DNA of 63,796 bases, the filler included, from Collodictyon triciliatum (taxonomy: Eukaryota): NCBI GenBank assembly GCA_043381765.1. It is 7 parts of 7 records of this genome, joined end to end, with 100 filler letters (N's around TTAATTAATTAA, not from the genome) between each part and the next. Parts side by side here need not be neighbours in the genome. Positions count along the whole stretch, not along the records: positions 33,142 to 44,161 come from JBHJMP010002527.1; positions 44,262 to 55,201 come from JBHJMP010002530.1; 5 more parts are not named here. The stretch is one strand, 5' to 3'. Each line of letters starts with the position of its first letter. The stretch's first letter is position 1. This document shows positions 34,510-51,726 of this stretch, one piece after another. The notes beneath the pieces are model-generated. The model was not told where the DNA came from. It did not search any database and saw only the letters and a program-made list of their open reading frames with translations. A program made the position numbers and the translations under genes.

Positions 34510-35220
34510 TAAAAAGAAAAGATAAGGAAGGAAAAAAAAAAGGAGGAACCGAAAATGAAGAGAAAAGAAAGGAAAAGAAAACCAAAACGAAAGATGAAAA
34601 GAAAACAAATAAAAACTAATAAAAAACGAAAAGGAAGAAGTAATACGAAAACAAATAAAGAAAACTAATAAATAAAACAAAAACGAAAAGGAAAAAGAAT
34701 AAAAAACGAAAAGGAAGAAAGAATACGAAAACAAATAAATGAAACAAAAAGAAAAACGAATAAAAAACGAAAACGAAAAGCAAAAGCAAAAGGAATACGA
34801 AGAAAGTAAACAAATAAAGGAAAAGGAAAAAGGAAAGAAAAGGAAAAAGGAAAAGGAAAAAGAAAAAGGAAAAGGAAAACGAAAAAAAAAACGAAAAATG
34901 AAATAGAAAACGAAAGGGAAAATGAAATTGAAATGATAAAACCAGATAAGAAAGGAAACGAATAAAGAAAAAACGAAAAGGAAACAGGAAATAGAAAACG
35001 AAAGGGAAAATGAAATTGAAATGATAAAACCAGATAGAAAGGAAACAAATAAAGAAAACTAATAAAGAAAACAAATAAAGAAAACGAATAAAGAAAACAA
35101 ATAAAGAAAACTAATAAATAAAACAAAAAGAAAAACGAATAAAAAACGAAAACGAAAAGCAAAAGGAAAAGGAAAAGGAAAACGAAGAAAGGAAACAAAT
35201 AAAGAAAAGGAGAAGGAAAT
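34510..35220. repeat. A-rich patchwork repeat with internal direct duplications of about 45 bp
   Basis: AATAGAAAACGAAAGGGAAAATGAAATTGAAATGATAAAACCAGATA occurs at about 34901 and 34990. A second block is repeated at about 34742 and 35121. Confidence 0.85.
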
Positions 35221-35731
35221 GGAAATATTCAATTCTTACCCCTTTCCGTGATTTCGACGAGATCCTCAAAGGACACGGTGTGCTGCCGGCGATCGGCCCG
35301 AACAGTTGCTGGGAAAGCCCGAGGTTGGACACATAGTCGACATCAGTTTCTTCTCCATTATATTTCACTGCGCAGCAAAGAGAGTACTTATGGTGCTGTT
35401 ATTTGGGACTCTTCACAACACGCTTGCTTTGAAAACAGATATGCAACGTTTCTGTCTGCTTCATCTCTGGCTTTCCTGCCTTTGTGAGTTGCTGCGATTT
35501 CCTGTTGATTATTGTTTGTTTGCGATCTGCTTGATCGAAGAAATCCGTTTGATCTGGAAAGACTGAAGATTCATTGAAATAAACCTTATTTGGTGAAATG
35601 AGATTCATTAGATAAGGGTGGAAGTGCATCTGCAACGCCACTAAATCTTCCATTTTTCCATTTCTTTTTTTCTTAATTCTGGTTTTTGAATGCGTGTTTG
35701 CTTGCTCTCATATTGGTCGATGCAATCGTGT

Positions 35732-36731
35732 TTACTTGAGATTGAGGACGGCGATGCATTCCATATCAACATGGGCATCACGAGGAAGACTGATGGCTGC
35801 GTAACAGGTGCGGGCGGGAGGTTTCTTGGTGAAGACTGGGAATGGCAGTTATATGCTGTGTAAAGTTTTTGCCATCTCCTGATTCCCAAGAGCACAAGAT
35901 ACATCGGTAGAAAAATAATAAGGTATCAGATAGGCTATACACGATAAATGATATACATGAAATGATTGTAAAGAATGAGATTTGGATTCAATCTTTTCTG
36001 GTGATGGCATATGTCAATAATCTATCCAGTGAATGATTATATATGGAACGTGGATTTCGTTAATCGCCGCAAAGTCTTTGTGTCACGGAGAAGGACAGCG
36101 GTTTGACAGCATTTGCAAGAGACATCTGCCAGTCTCCAGAATAACCTTCATATTCTCCAAACCAGGCTGAATGCCTGTTGAGTGCCGTGAAAGTGACTCG
36201 ACACAGTATACGCACACACAGACAACCCAAATAGTATTATATCATGATGAGGAGCTATATTGAAAAAACATAAAGACGTGTCTTTGGGCAATTGATTGTT
36301 TGTGATAAACCTTGGCGAGCTTGGACTTTGGACATCGGCTGCAAGCTCCGTGTTCTGCGATGATAAAAATATTTTCTTTCAGTTTGGCTTTTTGAGTGAG
36401 GGATTTTGTTCTGTTTGTGAGAAATACTTTTGTGCAACGAGTTTTTCTTTCTGCATTTGATAAACAAGAAAGTGAAGGAGTGCTTGGTTGTGAAGCATCC
36501 ACCGAGGGATTCATTCCGCTTTGTCCAGAGGCGAAGAGGAAGCCCTTTGCTGCTGTCGCTTGGCTAAGAATAATATGCGACTTTGTTATGCGCAAAAGTA
36601 CTTTAGTCGAGAGAGAACTTGTGCAGCAAGTATTGGGAGATAATACAATACCTTTAAGAGCCGATCACTTTGGGGACAGATTCCGTGTGGATGATCTCCT
36701 TCGTAGAGCGTCTCTTTTGGGAGTCAACCAT
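35732..36731 (-). pseudogene. ridA: RidA/YjgF (Rid family enamine/imine deaminase) unprocessed pseudogene
   Basis: Exons read KEIIHTESVPKVIGS*S / QATAAKGFLFASGQSGMNP / TELAADV..QARQ / LENMKVILETG..MSLANAVK..VLLRD..DFAAINEI / FTKKPPARTCYAAISLPRDAHVDMECIAV. There is a TAA at the GPYSQ Tyr position (36654-36656) and several 1-nt frameshifts. Confidence 0.88.
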
Positions 36732-39700
36732 TACTTTGGCTGAGACGGTGTTTTTTATTTTGTGAAAAGTCTGCTCACCCAACAAAAAGCAAATCTTTAA
36801 AATCAATAAGAGTCCTATTGTGCGGTGGTTTATACTCACGCTAAAACAAAACCAAAAATACAACAAAATAATAACCAAAAAACTATTGGAAAAGGAAAAC
36901 AAAAGGTAAATGCTCAATAGAATTTCCTTTCTTAAAAATAACGCTGGATAAACTGAAAGCGAAGGGATTATGCTCGCAGCGCGCCTTCCTTGATTTGCGT
37001 GCGAAAAAAGTATAAACTCTCCCCAAGCACAGAATAGAAGACAATGGTTATGTCCGCAGGCTATTGCTGTAAGTGAAAATATATTCGTGTCTCTTCATCT
37101 ATACCTTCAATTTTTCTCTTCTTTCATTTCTCTCTATCTTTTTGTTCTTCATTCCAATATCTTGCTAACACGTCGATGCCAGAAAAAAGTGGCCATCAAG
37201 AGACCAAAAACAATCAGGCTGTTTACAAAGAATGCTTCTTCCATTTGGTTGAGACAGATACACCAAACGACTGTCATCAACAGCTCTTGAAATTGAGAAA
37301 AGCGTGACTATTCTTGTTCAGTTTATTGTTTTTTGCATCATTCCTACATTATACGATACAATATAAGTCACCAAGTCTCATCGAACTTTTCAAATGTTGC
37401 TTATTCGACAGAGGCAACAAAGCAGCGATTGCAGCGTCGAGTGGGAATGGTAGTAGAATCACGCAAAATACCATATCTGGCTCTCTTGTAGCACATTTAT
37501 TTAATCCATTTATTCTCTTTGTGATATCATTAAATCAAATTATATGTAATCGTTGAAATTATATGATATTACAATCCAATTTTCTTAATTATTATCATAT
37601 TTTTCATATATATTTAATTCTGGATTTTATTGATAACTGTTTTGCTAACCATTCTTGCATTATCCACTTGCAGACTCCAACGTGTTGACCCATGCAATGA
37701 CTCCGCTGGATAAAACACAAGACTACAGCTTGACTTTGTTATTCTGTATGTTGACGGATGAATTGCAGTATTTGTATTTTATTTAATTTTTTGTTTTCTA
37801 TTTTGATAAAGCTTGTATATTTTCTTTTAAACAACCGTCATTATCTAAATCTTTCAATAGTTGAGTATATACCGTGATTATTACCCGGACGTTTTCCCAT
37901 TTTTTCTTGTTAAAACACCCAAACACCTTTGTGTACTCAACCTATATAACATTTCTGACAAAAAAAATGCTACAGATGTTTGCATCGGATGCCTTTGACT
38001 ATGATTTATTTATTTTTATTTTTAAAAATATAAGGCATACCGTGAAGCACAACGAGCAACAATATGAAAACCCCTTGAAAAACGTCTCATAGAATGAGCT
38101 TTATGGATGGACGATGAAGCGAATCGGAAGACAATCAGACAAATGAATATTTGTAATTCATTTACTTATCCATTAAAAAATTATTCTCCTCGCATCCAAC
38201 TCCGACATACTCCCTTTTATCTTCTAAAAAAACACAGAAATCTAATCCCCATAATATATCACCCTCTCTCATTTCAAATTATAGGTCTTTACTTGCGGAG
38301 ACTTTTGCAGACAGGCACTCGACCATGGTGCAGGACTTCTATGCGCTGACAAAATCATTACTGCATACCGTGCAGACGAAATGGTAGACTGGTGTGATGA
38401 ATATTATGTCCATCGTTTTATTCAAACGTTCTCCCAAAAATTATGAAATACATCATTCTTATATTCAATTCAGCAATCACGCTATTTTAGTTTATTGTAG
38501 AGGATTTCATCTGTTTTCGTATTTCTCTGCTCATTGTTTTTTAGTGGAGATATCGCTCGAATTCAACGCTGCTCAAGTATTACCTCAGGAAGCCAAGTTC
38601 TCAGTTTGGCACGATATAGTACTATTGCATAATAATAGGTAAACCTGCCTATATTTCACACAAACAACCACAAGAAAACTCATATATTTTAATATTTTCA
38701 CTTTATTACAAATTCATTTCAATTTTTTGATTTCTTCAGCATCACACCCATGACACAAACCTCTCAAGTTTTGCTACGAGAAAGAGATTGGGGTGTGAAC
38801 TTTCCTCCCTTTAAATCCTCGGCAATCATAAATAGTAAATACTCAAACCGTAACTTCTTTCCTTTCAGGTACGCATCGAATACCCATGACAAGTTTGGTT
38901 GAGACTATCTCAACGATTAGGAGTGTATTTGGCCGAGTGAAATTGTAGGTTTTTTTTTCATTTAGTGTATTCTCTTTACTTCCATGCAAATCAGTGGCCT
39001 TTTTTTTTTATCAAAAACCAATATAATGTTAAATTTGTACTCTTGATTTAGTTCATGCGGATGCGCTGCGCGTGTGTTTATTCATTCACATATTCGACAC
39101 CAAATACTATCAGCAGTATTCTGTACAATATATTTCTAATTTTCCGAGTCGCGATGATTGGCGCATCTATCGTTTTGTTAATTACATGAGGACAGTCATT
39201 TACCAGTACAGTGCAGAGTCATCAATGAAGAAGGCTCGATGCCAAACACAAGATAAACATCAATTTTTAGAATGTAAACTGGAACTTTAAAACCCCCGAT
39301 ATCAAACGAATAATTACTTTTTCGAATAATTTTGGTTCTATTATCCTTGAACTTCAATATTTACTCGCAAGAGGAGATGATTACTTTTTTTTATTTGCTT
39401 GGCTAATCTATATTAGTGATGCTTTGAGTTCATTGACCGATTGATAGACGCTGCAATATTCGGCCGCAGCGATGAGCAACCGTTTCACAAAGAAGAACAA
39501 CATAATCCTAGCAACTGGAAACATGCATCACATATCCGCATTCAGTCGACGTCATAAGCTGCGAAAGGTGGAAAGGAATAGGCACTTGTGCATCGGGGAT
39601 TGCGCTCTGAGACAAGCAGGAAGAAAAAAAAAATTACTTATCTTGTATGAAAGGTATAAGAAAACAGAAAAATTGTATTCTCTTACACATCGATGAACGA

Positions 39701-42700
39701 TGTGCAGCAGATTGAGTTTTGGACGATGTACTTTTCCCACTTTCATGACAGAGAGGAACTTTGCAAGATGCACCTGGCCATGCAAACAACATGCGGATGA
39801 GGCTGGGAAATATCATCTAATCCAGTGCTTGGAAAAAAAAATCGAATTACCGCGATGGAATCAAAGATGTGTCTTGGATAGATATAGTTGCGGAGCATAT
39901 GACAAAACAGTTGGGCACTTGGAGATGAATAAATATCGACAGTTCAATTAAGATTCCGATTCTGATTGCAACATATAAAATATATTGGTAACAACTGCAG
40001 ACTTACTTTGATTTTTAGAGGGTTCTGATGGCAATGGAGCTGTGTTGGTCGGGCATGTATCCATACTCGGCGTGTATGTCACCTTTATTTGAACAAGAAA
40101 GATAGTTGTATTCTTTTCCTGATTATTTTTAACTCATTTACACACAAAGCACCCAAATAATAGCTTCGAAGTTCTGTTTTTTCTTGTCCAAACGAGAATA
40201 TCTATATCTCTTCATGCACTTTATTTAAAGGTAGGTTGTATATAGTTTTCGTACATGAAGGTATAGTCAAAAGTGTTCAATTGTATACGAGTGCATTCGA
40301 GGGTGTCCCTCTTATTCGGCTGGAGGACGGAAAATGTGCTGCAGATGGTGCGGTGGACATTTGCTTCAATGTAAATCGTTTCTCCACCAGTCTGTCGCGA
40401 GACCAACTCGGTAGGAATGCCTTTTTGGGTGATTTCTTTGTTGCACTGACCATCACCTTCGCTAAATATGAATAAATAAGGATCGTTTTTATATTTGCTT
40501 TTTTCAAAACATGTTATCACAAACTTAAATTCACATCGACCTTACATATTTGAAGAGAATATAACTTACAGCTTAATTATTTAGCAGCGGTATACACAAA
40601 AGAAAATAAATTACGCTGCATAACAACGAATATCATGCATCCGATAGTGTAGGGCGCTGGATGTCAAGCGAAAGCTCATGTTACTTGTAGCCGAATTGTG
40701 TTTAACAATCTATAGGTTTTTTTCAATGTTTACTTATTTCAGTATGAAAAAAATATTGAAACAGGAATTATGACCATGTTTGTTTCTTGTTCAAGTTCAG
40801 ATTGTTTGATTTTTTCTATTTGTTAAATTTGCCTTATTACCTGGATGATAATATCATTTTCATTCGTGTATGCAACAATCATGATTGGTAGTCTATTGAA
40901 TGAGCGAACTAACTTGCTGCAGGTTTTCCCATTTCCTCCACTGGAAACAATAAGGTCAACTCGCTGAAGCTTTTCCCGCTGTATGACAGCATCTTGATTC
41001 AGTGCGCAAAATATATAATTCTTATCATATATTATCTACATCTGTATGGTTCTTTTGTGGATGTTGATATCTATTCAAAAAAGTGTATGATGTTTCCTTT
41101 CGGGATTCTACCATTCTATCTCACTTTATATACGAGTGTTTTTTGATGTTTTTCATAAACCGAAAGAATATAAAAGAAACATGTGTTCCACAACTCTTAT
41201 TTATTTAAAATCTAGCAACAGATGAAAAAAACCTGAATAGTAACGATGTTATTATTAAGTAATTAAACGGATGAAATAATTCGTATAATTTCAAAATATT
41301 CGAAAGAAGCCGACCCGACAGTAAGGATAGGCGTAATTGAAAATCTGGCTCATTGCCCTATCACAGTTGAATATGTTGGTTGCACACAAAGATTAATCTC
41401 GTTTGAATTTTTTGTAATTCATCCTGTGTGCACCATAAAAAAAACCATTGTGTCATTCATCATCATTTTTTGGGTTTGTCATTTCTCCTTTATTTTTCAT
41501 TTTGATGTGCTTTTGCGAGAAATAAAACATCTGAAGGCAAGAGATTTTAAAGATGCGAATCAAAAAATATATTAAAAAATTGAAATTATAAATAAAACCA
41601 GGAACTGCTTACCAACTACTCATCAAATTGTCCAATTCGACACTGAAGAGTGTCTCACTGACAGAAACATGAAAATTGTACCACATCAGTCTGAGTATGA
41701 AAATTTTAAATAATTGAATACTATAGAGAATAAAAATGATGTAAAAGTATTCGTTTAAACCCATATGGGAATAAATACACAAGAGTGGCATAAGCAGCAT
41801 AATTCTCAACAAAATAATTGTACCTTGTCATCTGGAACTCTTGCTGTAGACCAATGCGATTATTTCTAGAAAAAGAACAAAGCATTCAACTCTGTTTCGT
41901 CCATTAAGCGTATTCATAGCAGCGCTGGCTGATTATATTTGGGTAGATTCCATGGAATTAGCAGGAATCCACTCATAAAATATACAGAGTACAAAAGACG
42001 CACTCATATTTTCTATTCAACCAAGCAACCCAACATGTATCTCCGGAGGTTGCAGTCACTATGACCACGGTCTTCTGAGTTGATATGTATAAAAATATTC
42101 ATATTCTCCCAAAAAACTGCATGGAAAAATTCTTTAATTAATGAGTCTCATAACCAACACAGATTAACAAAACTACTTGATCATATCAATATTAGGTATT
42201 ATTGAGGTATGTTTTCTTTGGATAAATCTCCGAGTTATAAGACTGAGTACCTTGAAAGATAACGTAAGACTTATTCATGATAATCAAACTGAGTACGAGA
42301 AATATATTTTATTCACCAAGGAAGCTAGGAATGAGTTTGCATATGATAATTGAGGTTACTCAAAGCTGAACTTTTATTCATAATCCCACCACGAAACACT
42401 TATGCTACATGAAAGCCGCACTCCTAAGCCCATACTTTTCTTTGTTGAAATAAGTCATCGGAATAACTGACTCGGCTCTAAGAAAGCCAGGATTCAACTG
42501 CAATTTGCAGAGTGCAGAGGTTGGTAACTTGTACTCAGATACAAACTTGCTCACAACTTTTCTTAAAGAGAAATTTTTTTATCGATTTTAATATGTGTTC
42601 GGCAAGCTATATGATACCTTCATTTGTTTTTTCAAGCACCTAACTTAATGAATGAATAGCCTGAGATTTATTTCTTGATTTCATCATTTTTTTTTAATGA

Positions 42701-43449
42701 TTCGGGCGTTGATAACAACGCGCCAGTCAATGTCGAAGCCGATAAAGTTAAAATTAATATGCAAAGTAAAAGGGAAATAAAGACAATTGCCACTCCTAAC
42801 CAAAAACCTAAGCAGAGTGCCTTGAATGAAAGGCAAGTCCACCCAACAAAGTCTCCCAGCGCCAAGGTTGGGATTATCCCAGGCACATATAGCCCGCTGT
42901 CTAGTGTGAGTCCAGTGAACATAAATTCAAACAAAAGCTAACGCCTACCGTGTGAAAAGATACTCGACTTTACTCATTCTTCTCCACAAATACTCGACAA
43001 GGAATCTTTTTTGAACATTCATGGACATATAAGCTTCTCGTACCTGATGGGAAATATAGGCAAAGATGAGGAGCTTGGCATATTTAGAGACCCGCCCAAT
43101 AGTTTCTCAAATCCAGAAAGGCCTGTGCAAGAAGGCCGCCTGTAACTCTGGGTGAGCGAACGGTATTTTTGCACGGGGTTGAGCAAGTTGTATACAACAA
43201 TTTGTTTTTGAAACCATTTCTCTAGGATTTTTACACTATATTACCTTCTTGCCCCTACAAAATTACACACCTCTAACGACACAATACATGTTTTCGTCAT
43301 TGCGTTCCCAATTCATTTCTTGTCTTGTACAAGCGATGACGGGTTTCAAAACTATCTTTTCTATCAATAGACAGTATGAGAACGAAAGTAGAACCACAAA
43401 ATTTTGGAGGTATATCATTGGAGCATCAAAAAGAAACAGTAAACTCAAA

Positions 43450-44161
43450 CTTCATAACCTAATTTTGACCACCGAGAATAGAAAGGCCTTCACCAGCGCC
43501 TCAATCCAAGTCGACAAAACAAACAAACATAGCCAGCTTCATGCTCCATACGAGCCCTGATGTGACTCCAGCAAAGGACGCACAAAAATGGAATAGTCCT
43601 AGAGAAGCAAACTCCAGCAACGACTCGCTCTATCTCTCACCTGCGTCCCAAGAGACAAGGACTGAATCAGGAACACCCCAGAGCAGCGTCAGCTCCACAC
43701 CGCAATTCGCAACATTCGAGGGCGCCCCTAACAAAACAAACTAACAGCATATTGCAACTCCCATGCGCATAGCTCGCACAAGCCCTAGCCCAAAAAGAAC
43801 AAGCACAGAGCTGATAGCCTCGCCGGAAAACACATAACTCTCCACCTCAGAGGCAGTAGCGTCACCCTTACAACACACAAGGAAACCATCAGCGTCAAAA
43901 TCCCGAAGGATGCATGCTGAGATACCAATAATAACTTCCGAAACAAATACAACAACCATAGCCACAGAAACACTCACAACCGCAACAACCGAGTCAACAC
44001 AGATATCCGCAAACACAACCGAACACAAAGAGAGCAATGCTGCTTTCACGGAGGGTCCTCCCTCCACCCATTAATAACAGACCATGCGTTTCGGCGTTCT
44101 GTCATGGAACGCTAGGGGGATTAACGACCCCCACAGGCGGAAAGAGGTTTACAAGACAGCT
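43450..44161 (+). mobile_element. Non-LTR retrotransposon (LINE, L1/Tx1-like): decayed ORF1 3' part and start of the ORF2 APE endonuclease, truncated by the contig end
   Basis: ATG 44084 gives MRFGVLSWNARGINDPHRRKEV, which matches APE motif I (SWNxRG). It is preceded by an S/T/P-rich frame with TAA at 43742 and 43835 and a double stop at 44072-44077. The left boundary is approximate. Confidence 0.75.
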
Positions 44162-44261
44162 NNNNNNNNNNNNNNNNNNNNNNNNNNNNNNNNNNNNNNN
44201 NNNNNTTAATTAATTAANNNNNNNNNNNNNNNNNNNNNNNNNNNNNNNNNNNNNNNNNNNN
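44162..44261. other. Artificial scaffold spacer
   Basis: TTAATTAATTAA at 44206-44217. Confidence 0.97.
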
Positions 44262-44293
44262 TTATAAGTTTTTTGTTTGTTTTTAGTTCGTAA

Positions 44294-44495
44294 TGTTTCA
44301 TTGTTTCATTGTTTCATTGTTTCATTGTTTCATTGTTTCATTGTTTCATTGTTTCATTGTTTCATTGTTTCATTGTTTCATTGTTTCATTGTTTCATTGT
44401 TTCATTATTTCATTATTTCATTATTTCATTATTTCATTATTTCATTATTTCATTATTTCATTATTTCATTATTTCATTATTTCATTATTTCATTA
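44294..44495. repeat. 8-bp tandem array (GTTTCATT)n switching to (ATTTCATT)n
   Basis: Direct reading; a single-base variant is fixed in the 3' half. Confidence 0.95.
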
Positions 44496-44584
44496 AAGGA
44501 TACTGAATATTAGTTCATTTGAGATGTTATGGGAACTAATTGTGGACAGGATTGCCTACATAGTCTACAAATTCGAGTAATCTA

Positions 44585-46012
44585 ACCTGAATCAAGAGTT
44601 TTTGATATCTGAACCGCATGGATGCGAACGTTTTCGTCTGCAAAAGTTTCAACTATATCAGAATACTCGTGCACCTTGAGAAGTAGTGTTCTGCGACTAA
44701 AACGTTTACAATAATAATAATTGAGTTTTTTTTTTTTTCAATTTGTACATCGAAAGTGTGACACAGATTAATTTGGAAAAAATTAAGATATGAATTGGTC
44801 ATGAAGCTTTCATTATACATTCATAAGAGTATTTATTGTTGGTACACGACATCATCACCCTTCGAGTTGAATGCGTTATTATTCTAAGATTAGAATTAAC
44901 GAGAATGGAATATTACAATTGAGCTATAGATTTTACAGCATCCACAAAGTAATCGATTCCGAATCCAGCGTGAAAGTTGATCGATTGGGCTCCAGCATCA
45001 GCCAAGGTGAAGAGCATTCCTGTTAAGAATTTTAAAAACAATATATGGGTGAGTTTTAATTTTCTAAATGTATTATTTATCTTTTCCTTCCGTCTTTATT
45101 TTTTTTTTTGTACAACTACGTATTATCAGTGACCCATAAATGATTTAAAAAAAATACATAATTAAAAATTTTTTCGAGTTTTGATTGAAGGATATCTGAT
45201 AAGAAATGGATTGATGGTGGGTAGTTTAAAAGGTCATTTGTCTATCGCGAAAGGTTGGTCTTTAAGAATTAATCGCACAAAATAATACAAAAGCTTGGAT
45301 TGTGAATTTTATCAAAAGATATACTAAGGTTTACCGGGAAGTCCTCCCATGTTTCTGATATGTAATTGAGTAAAGAAAATATCTGTTAGTTTAAGTAATC
45401 TGACTCTGTTTTCCATACAAAACCGCTGTGTGCCCTCTCCGCAATTGAACAAATACCTGGTATATAAGTAATATTTATTTATTTATTTCCGGAAGCAAAA
45501 AAAAAATCATCATTCGCATGACCAGTGTGCACACATGATATCAGTGGTGTATGATATTCATATCATGCAGTGTTTCTACGATTATTGTATTTTTTTCTCC
45601 TATGGAGTTCAATGCGGTTTCATTTGAGAATAAAAAAAAATAAGATAATGGAGGTGTAGATGTAAGTTCACTGCGACGAATAGCAACATTTGGAATATAT
45701 CTTGTCACTTTTCTAGTCACAAGGAAGGAACAGAAAGGGAAGTCAAACAAGGGGCAATCACCGCTTATTATCGTAGAAGAGAAGAAAATTTGGAGAAAGG
45801 TCAGGGGCACCACTTCCGAGGACTTGCAAAAACGCCCGCGAGTGAGAGCCCAGCGGAGCGGACGCATTGGGCAGACTTTGCGTTGCCTTCGAGCCATCCG
45901 ATCGAAACCTTTGCTGCGAGGACAGACAAGCCATGCCAGCACTATTGAAACTTAATTTGCAAGCGTTGAGTCGAGGCAGGCTGTGCAGCAATCTCTTGAC
46001 CATAATCACCAT
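44585..46012 (-). CDS. ELAC2: tRNase Z long form (ELAC2/Trz1), N-terminal exons, 3'-partial
   Basis: Exons AFLQVLGSGAPDLSPNFLLFYDNKR / YLFNCGEGTQRFCMENRVRLLKLTDIFFTQLHIRNMGGLPG / MLFTLADAG / FADENVRIHAV. Confidence 0.9.
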
Positions 46013-46994
46013 TGTTCCGACCACGAGACAACTGATGGCTGGCTGCGAAGTGGATTCCCTTGCTATTGCCCTGCGTGCAGCTTTGCGTAGATGCCTTTTG
46101 AAATGAGAACAAAGAGAGAAAAATGAGAGGATGAGTGCTTGCTTTGACTGAGGCAATTATGTGGTGGGAGTGTACACTGCATTCGATGAGCAGCACCTTT
46201 GTTCCCTGACGCCAGCGCGCCCGACAAAGCCGCGCTGGATCTGGCACTGCGGAAAGTGGACTAGGAGAATCGTGTAGAAAAAAAAGTATAGAGAAAGCGT
46301 TTATACATATACGGAATTTATATGACATTCATTATAAATTTTTATTGTAATTATTTTAAAATACAAAATAATTATAATGTGCTATATATATCATCTGGTA
46401 TTATGTACAAAATTATATGACTATATGCGGATATTATTATATGTACCCAAATTTTAGAATATGTATCTTTACAAAGCTCCACTTATCATCAAAATATACT
46501 CAATAATATAATTGAAGTAAATATTTTGGCACAGAATTCTGTAATGGGCTGTGTGTCACAAGCAAACCTTATTCCATGCCGTGCATGCGAACATATTTCG
46601 CATTCTTGGGCAAGAGATAAAATATGATGACGAATTAGGTCGCGTTAGTGCATCGCAGAATCGACTAATAAGGAGTGTCGACATACAAGCAAACGGACGA
46701 CAATGCACGTGCAATCCTTTTCTGGAGCGTGACGAAATAGCGCGCCGGTTGTGGATTTTCCGTGTTTGTGATGAGTTGGTGGTTGTTCGGGACGACCGGA
46801 AACAGGAGAACGGAGGAACGCAGCCCAAAAAGAAAGACTCAATGAGGGTGGGGGACTGCTTTTGGCTGCGGCTCTGACCGGAACAGAGAGAGAAGGAAAG
46901 AGAGCGAAAGAACACAAGAGCCGTGAATAGATCGGGTTGCGAAGGTCGATCAGAAAGGCTCCAAGAACGCCGCTTTGGAGAGGGAGACAGAAAG

Positions 46995-47033
<39 letters not shown>

Positions 47034-47673
47034 AGAGAGAGAGACAGAGATAAGAGTCGAGCGTTGATGGCGGGCGTCCAAAAGTCGCTGGGCTGTGCTC
47101 TTCTACAAGGTCATTGCGGCGGCACATTCCGACAAAGGCTGTTTCCGGTCGGGCCAGAAGGAGTGTGCACACGCGAGATAACCTCACCTGCCGTCACTTT
47201 GGAAAGTAGCCGGAAATGTCTCATCACACGCACAGCTTCCTTTGCTTGGTGAGCCTCTGTTCCTAATCGCCCCCGTCTCCTAAGACCGGATCCATCACCC
47301 ACATCCGAAGGTGACTCTGTCTCAACTTCACAGCCCCCAAGCGAGTGAGCTTAATTGAATAGAACTGCGCCAGAGTCTTTCTATTGCACTCTCAGAAATA
47401 ATCTCAGAAGCTGCTGAGGTGCTAACGGCCCTTGGCACTGGGTGGTCTGATAAGAAAAAAAATGGGCGACCAACTCTCCCCTCCCACGGCCTCCTGCTGT
47501 TGTTGTTCGCAGTGGTTACGAACAAATATAATAGTTTCACCCACACAATTTTTTTTTATCATAGTAAGGGGTTGGCGGGATAATCCTTTTCTCCGGTTGT
47601 ATCTTCTATCCCCCTTCTTTTTCTTAAACTATTTTCTATTTGGGCTACCTTCCAACTCACAGATATATCTCGT

Positions 47674-51074
<3,401 letters not shown>

Positions 51075-51726
51075 GGAACTGGTTTTGGCAAGATGCACAC
51101 TTGCTCTATATCTTAACATACCTTTTTGTTTGTGCGGACGTTCATATGTGAAGCTCACTTTCAAATGCATTTTTTAAATGCTCCACGTGTCAAAAACGTC
51201 ATTGCTCCTTTCCTCATTTTCCTTTCCATTTCTTATGTGCTTTGTTTCTCTATTTTTATCTTAAATGTCAACAATTTGTTTGACCACACAACCAAGCCGC
51301 TTCGATTGTCCTTTCCTCGCTTATCCGTTCCAAAGCTTAATAAATGCTCCTGTGTAAATATCACGTCGTCCTTACGATGACAATTCTCTTACACATTCCA
51401 AAATAGAGTTATCAAGGAGCCTCTACATCCTGGCACAATTATTATCCATTAACTTTGCACACTTAGAAAATGTGGGAACCCGCAGTTTTTTTTTTTATGC
51501 ACTGAAGAAATAAATTGCATAAATATACGCTCCCAAAAAAAAAAAAAAAAAGAAGAGTGAATAAAATGACGATAATAAAGAATGATTTTTTTTTTTTGGT
51601 TTCTTTTCAACAGTTTATTGAGAGAAAACAAAGCCGACGATAATAAAGAATGATAATCAAATCTGAGATACGCTAAACCTGGTGAAAAGAAATAAGAAAA
51701 TAAAGTAAAGTGGAGTATAGCTTTGT

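Noticed and set aside
36654-36656. Possible stop-codon reassignment (TAA read as Tyr or Gln), suggested by TAA at conserved positions in RidA, Fanzor and LINE ORF1
   Set aside because: RidA and Fanzor also carry frameshifts, and intact genes end with TAA at the expected place (dynein 12798-12800, kinase 51072-51074). The standard code plus decay explains it.
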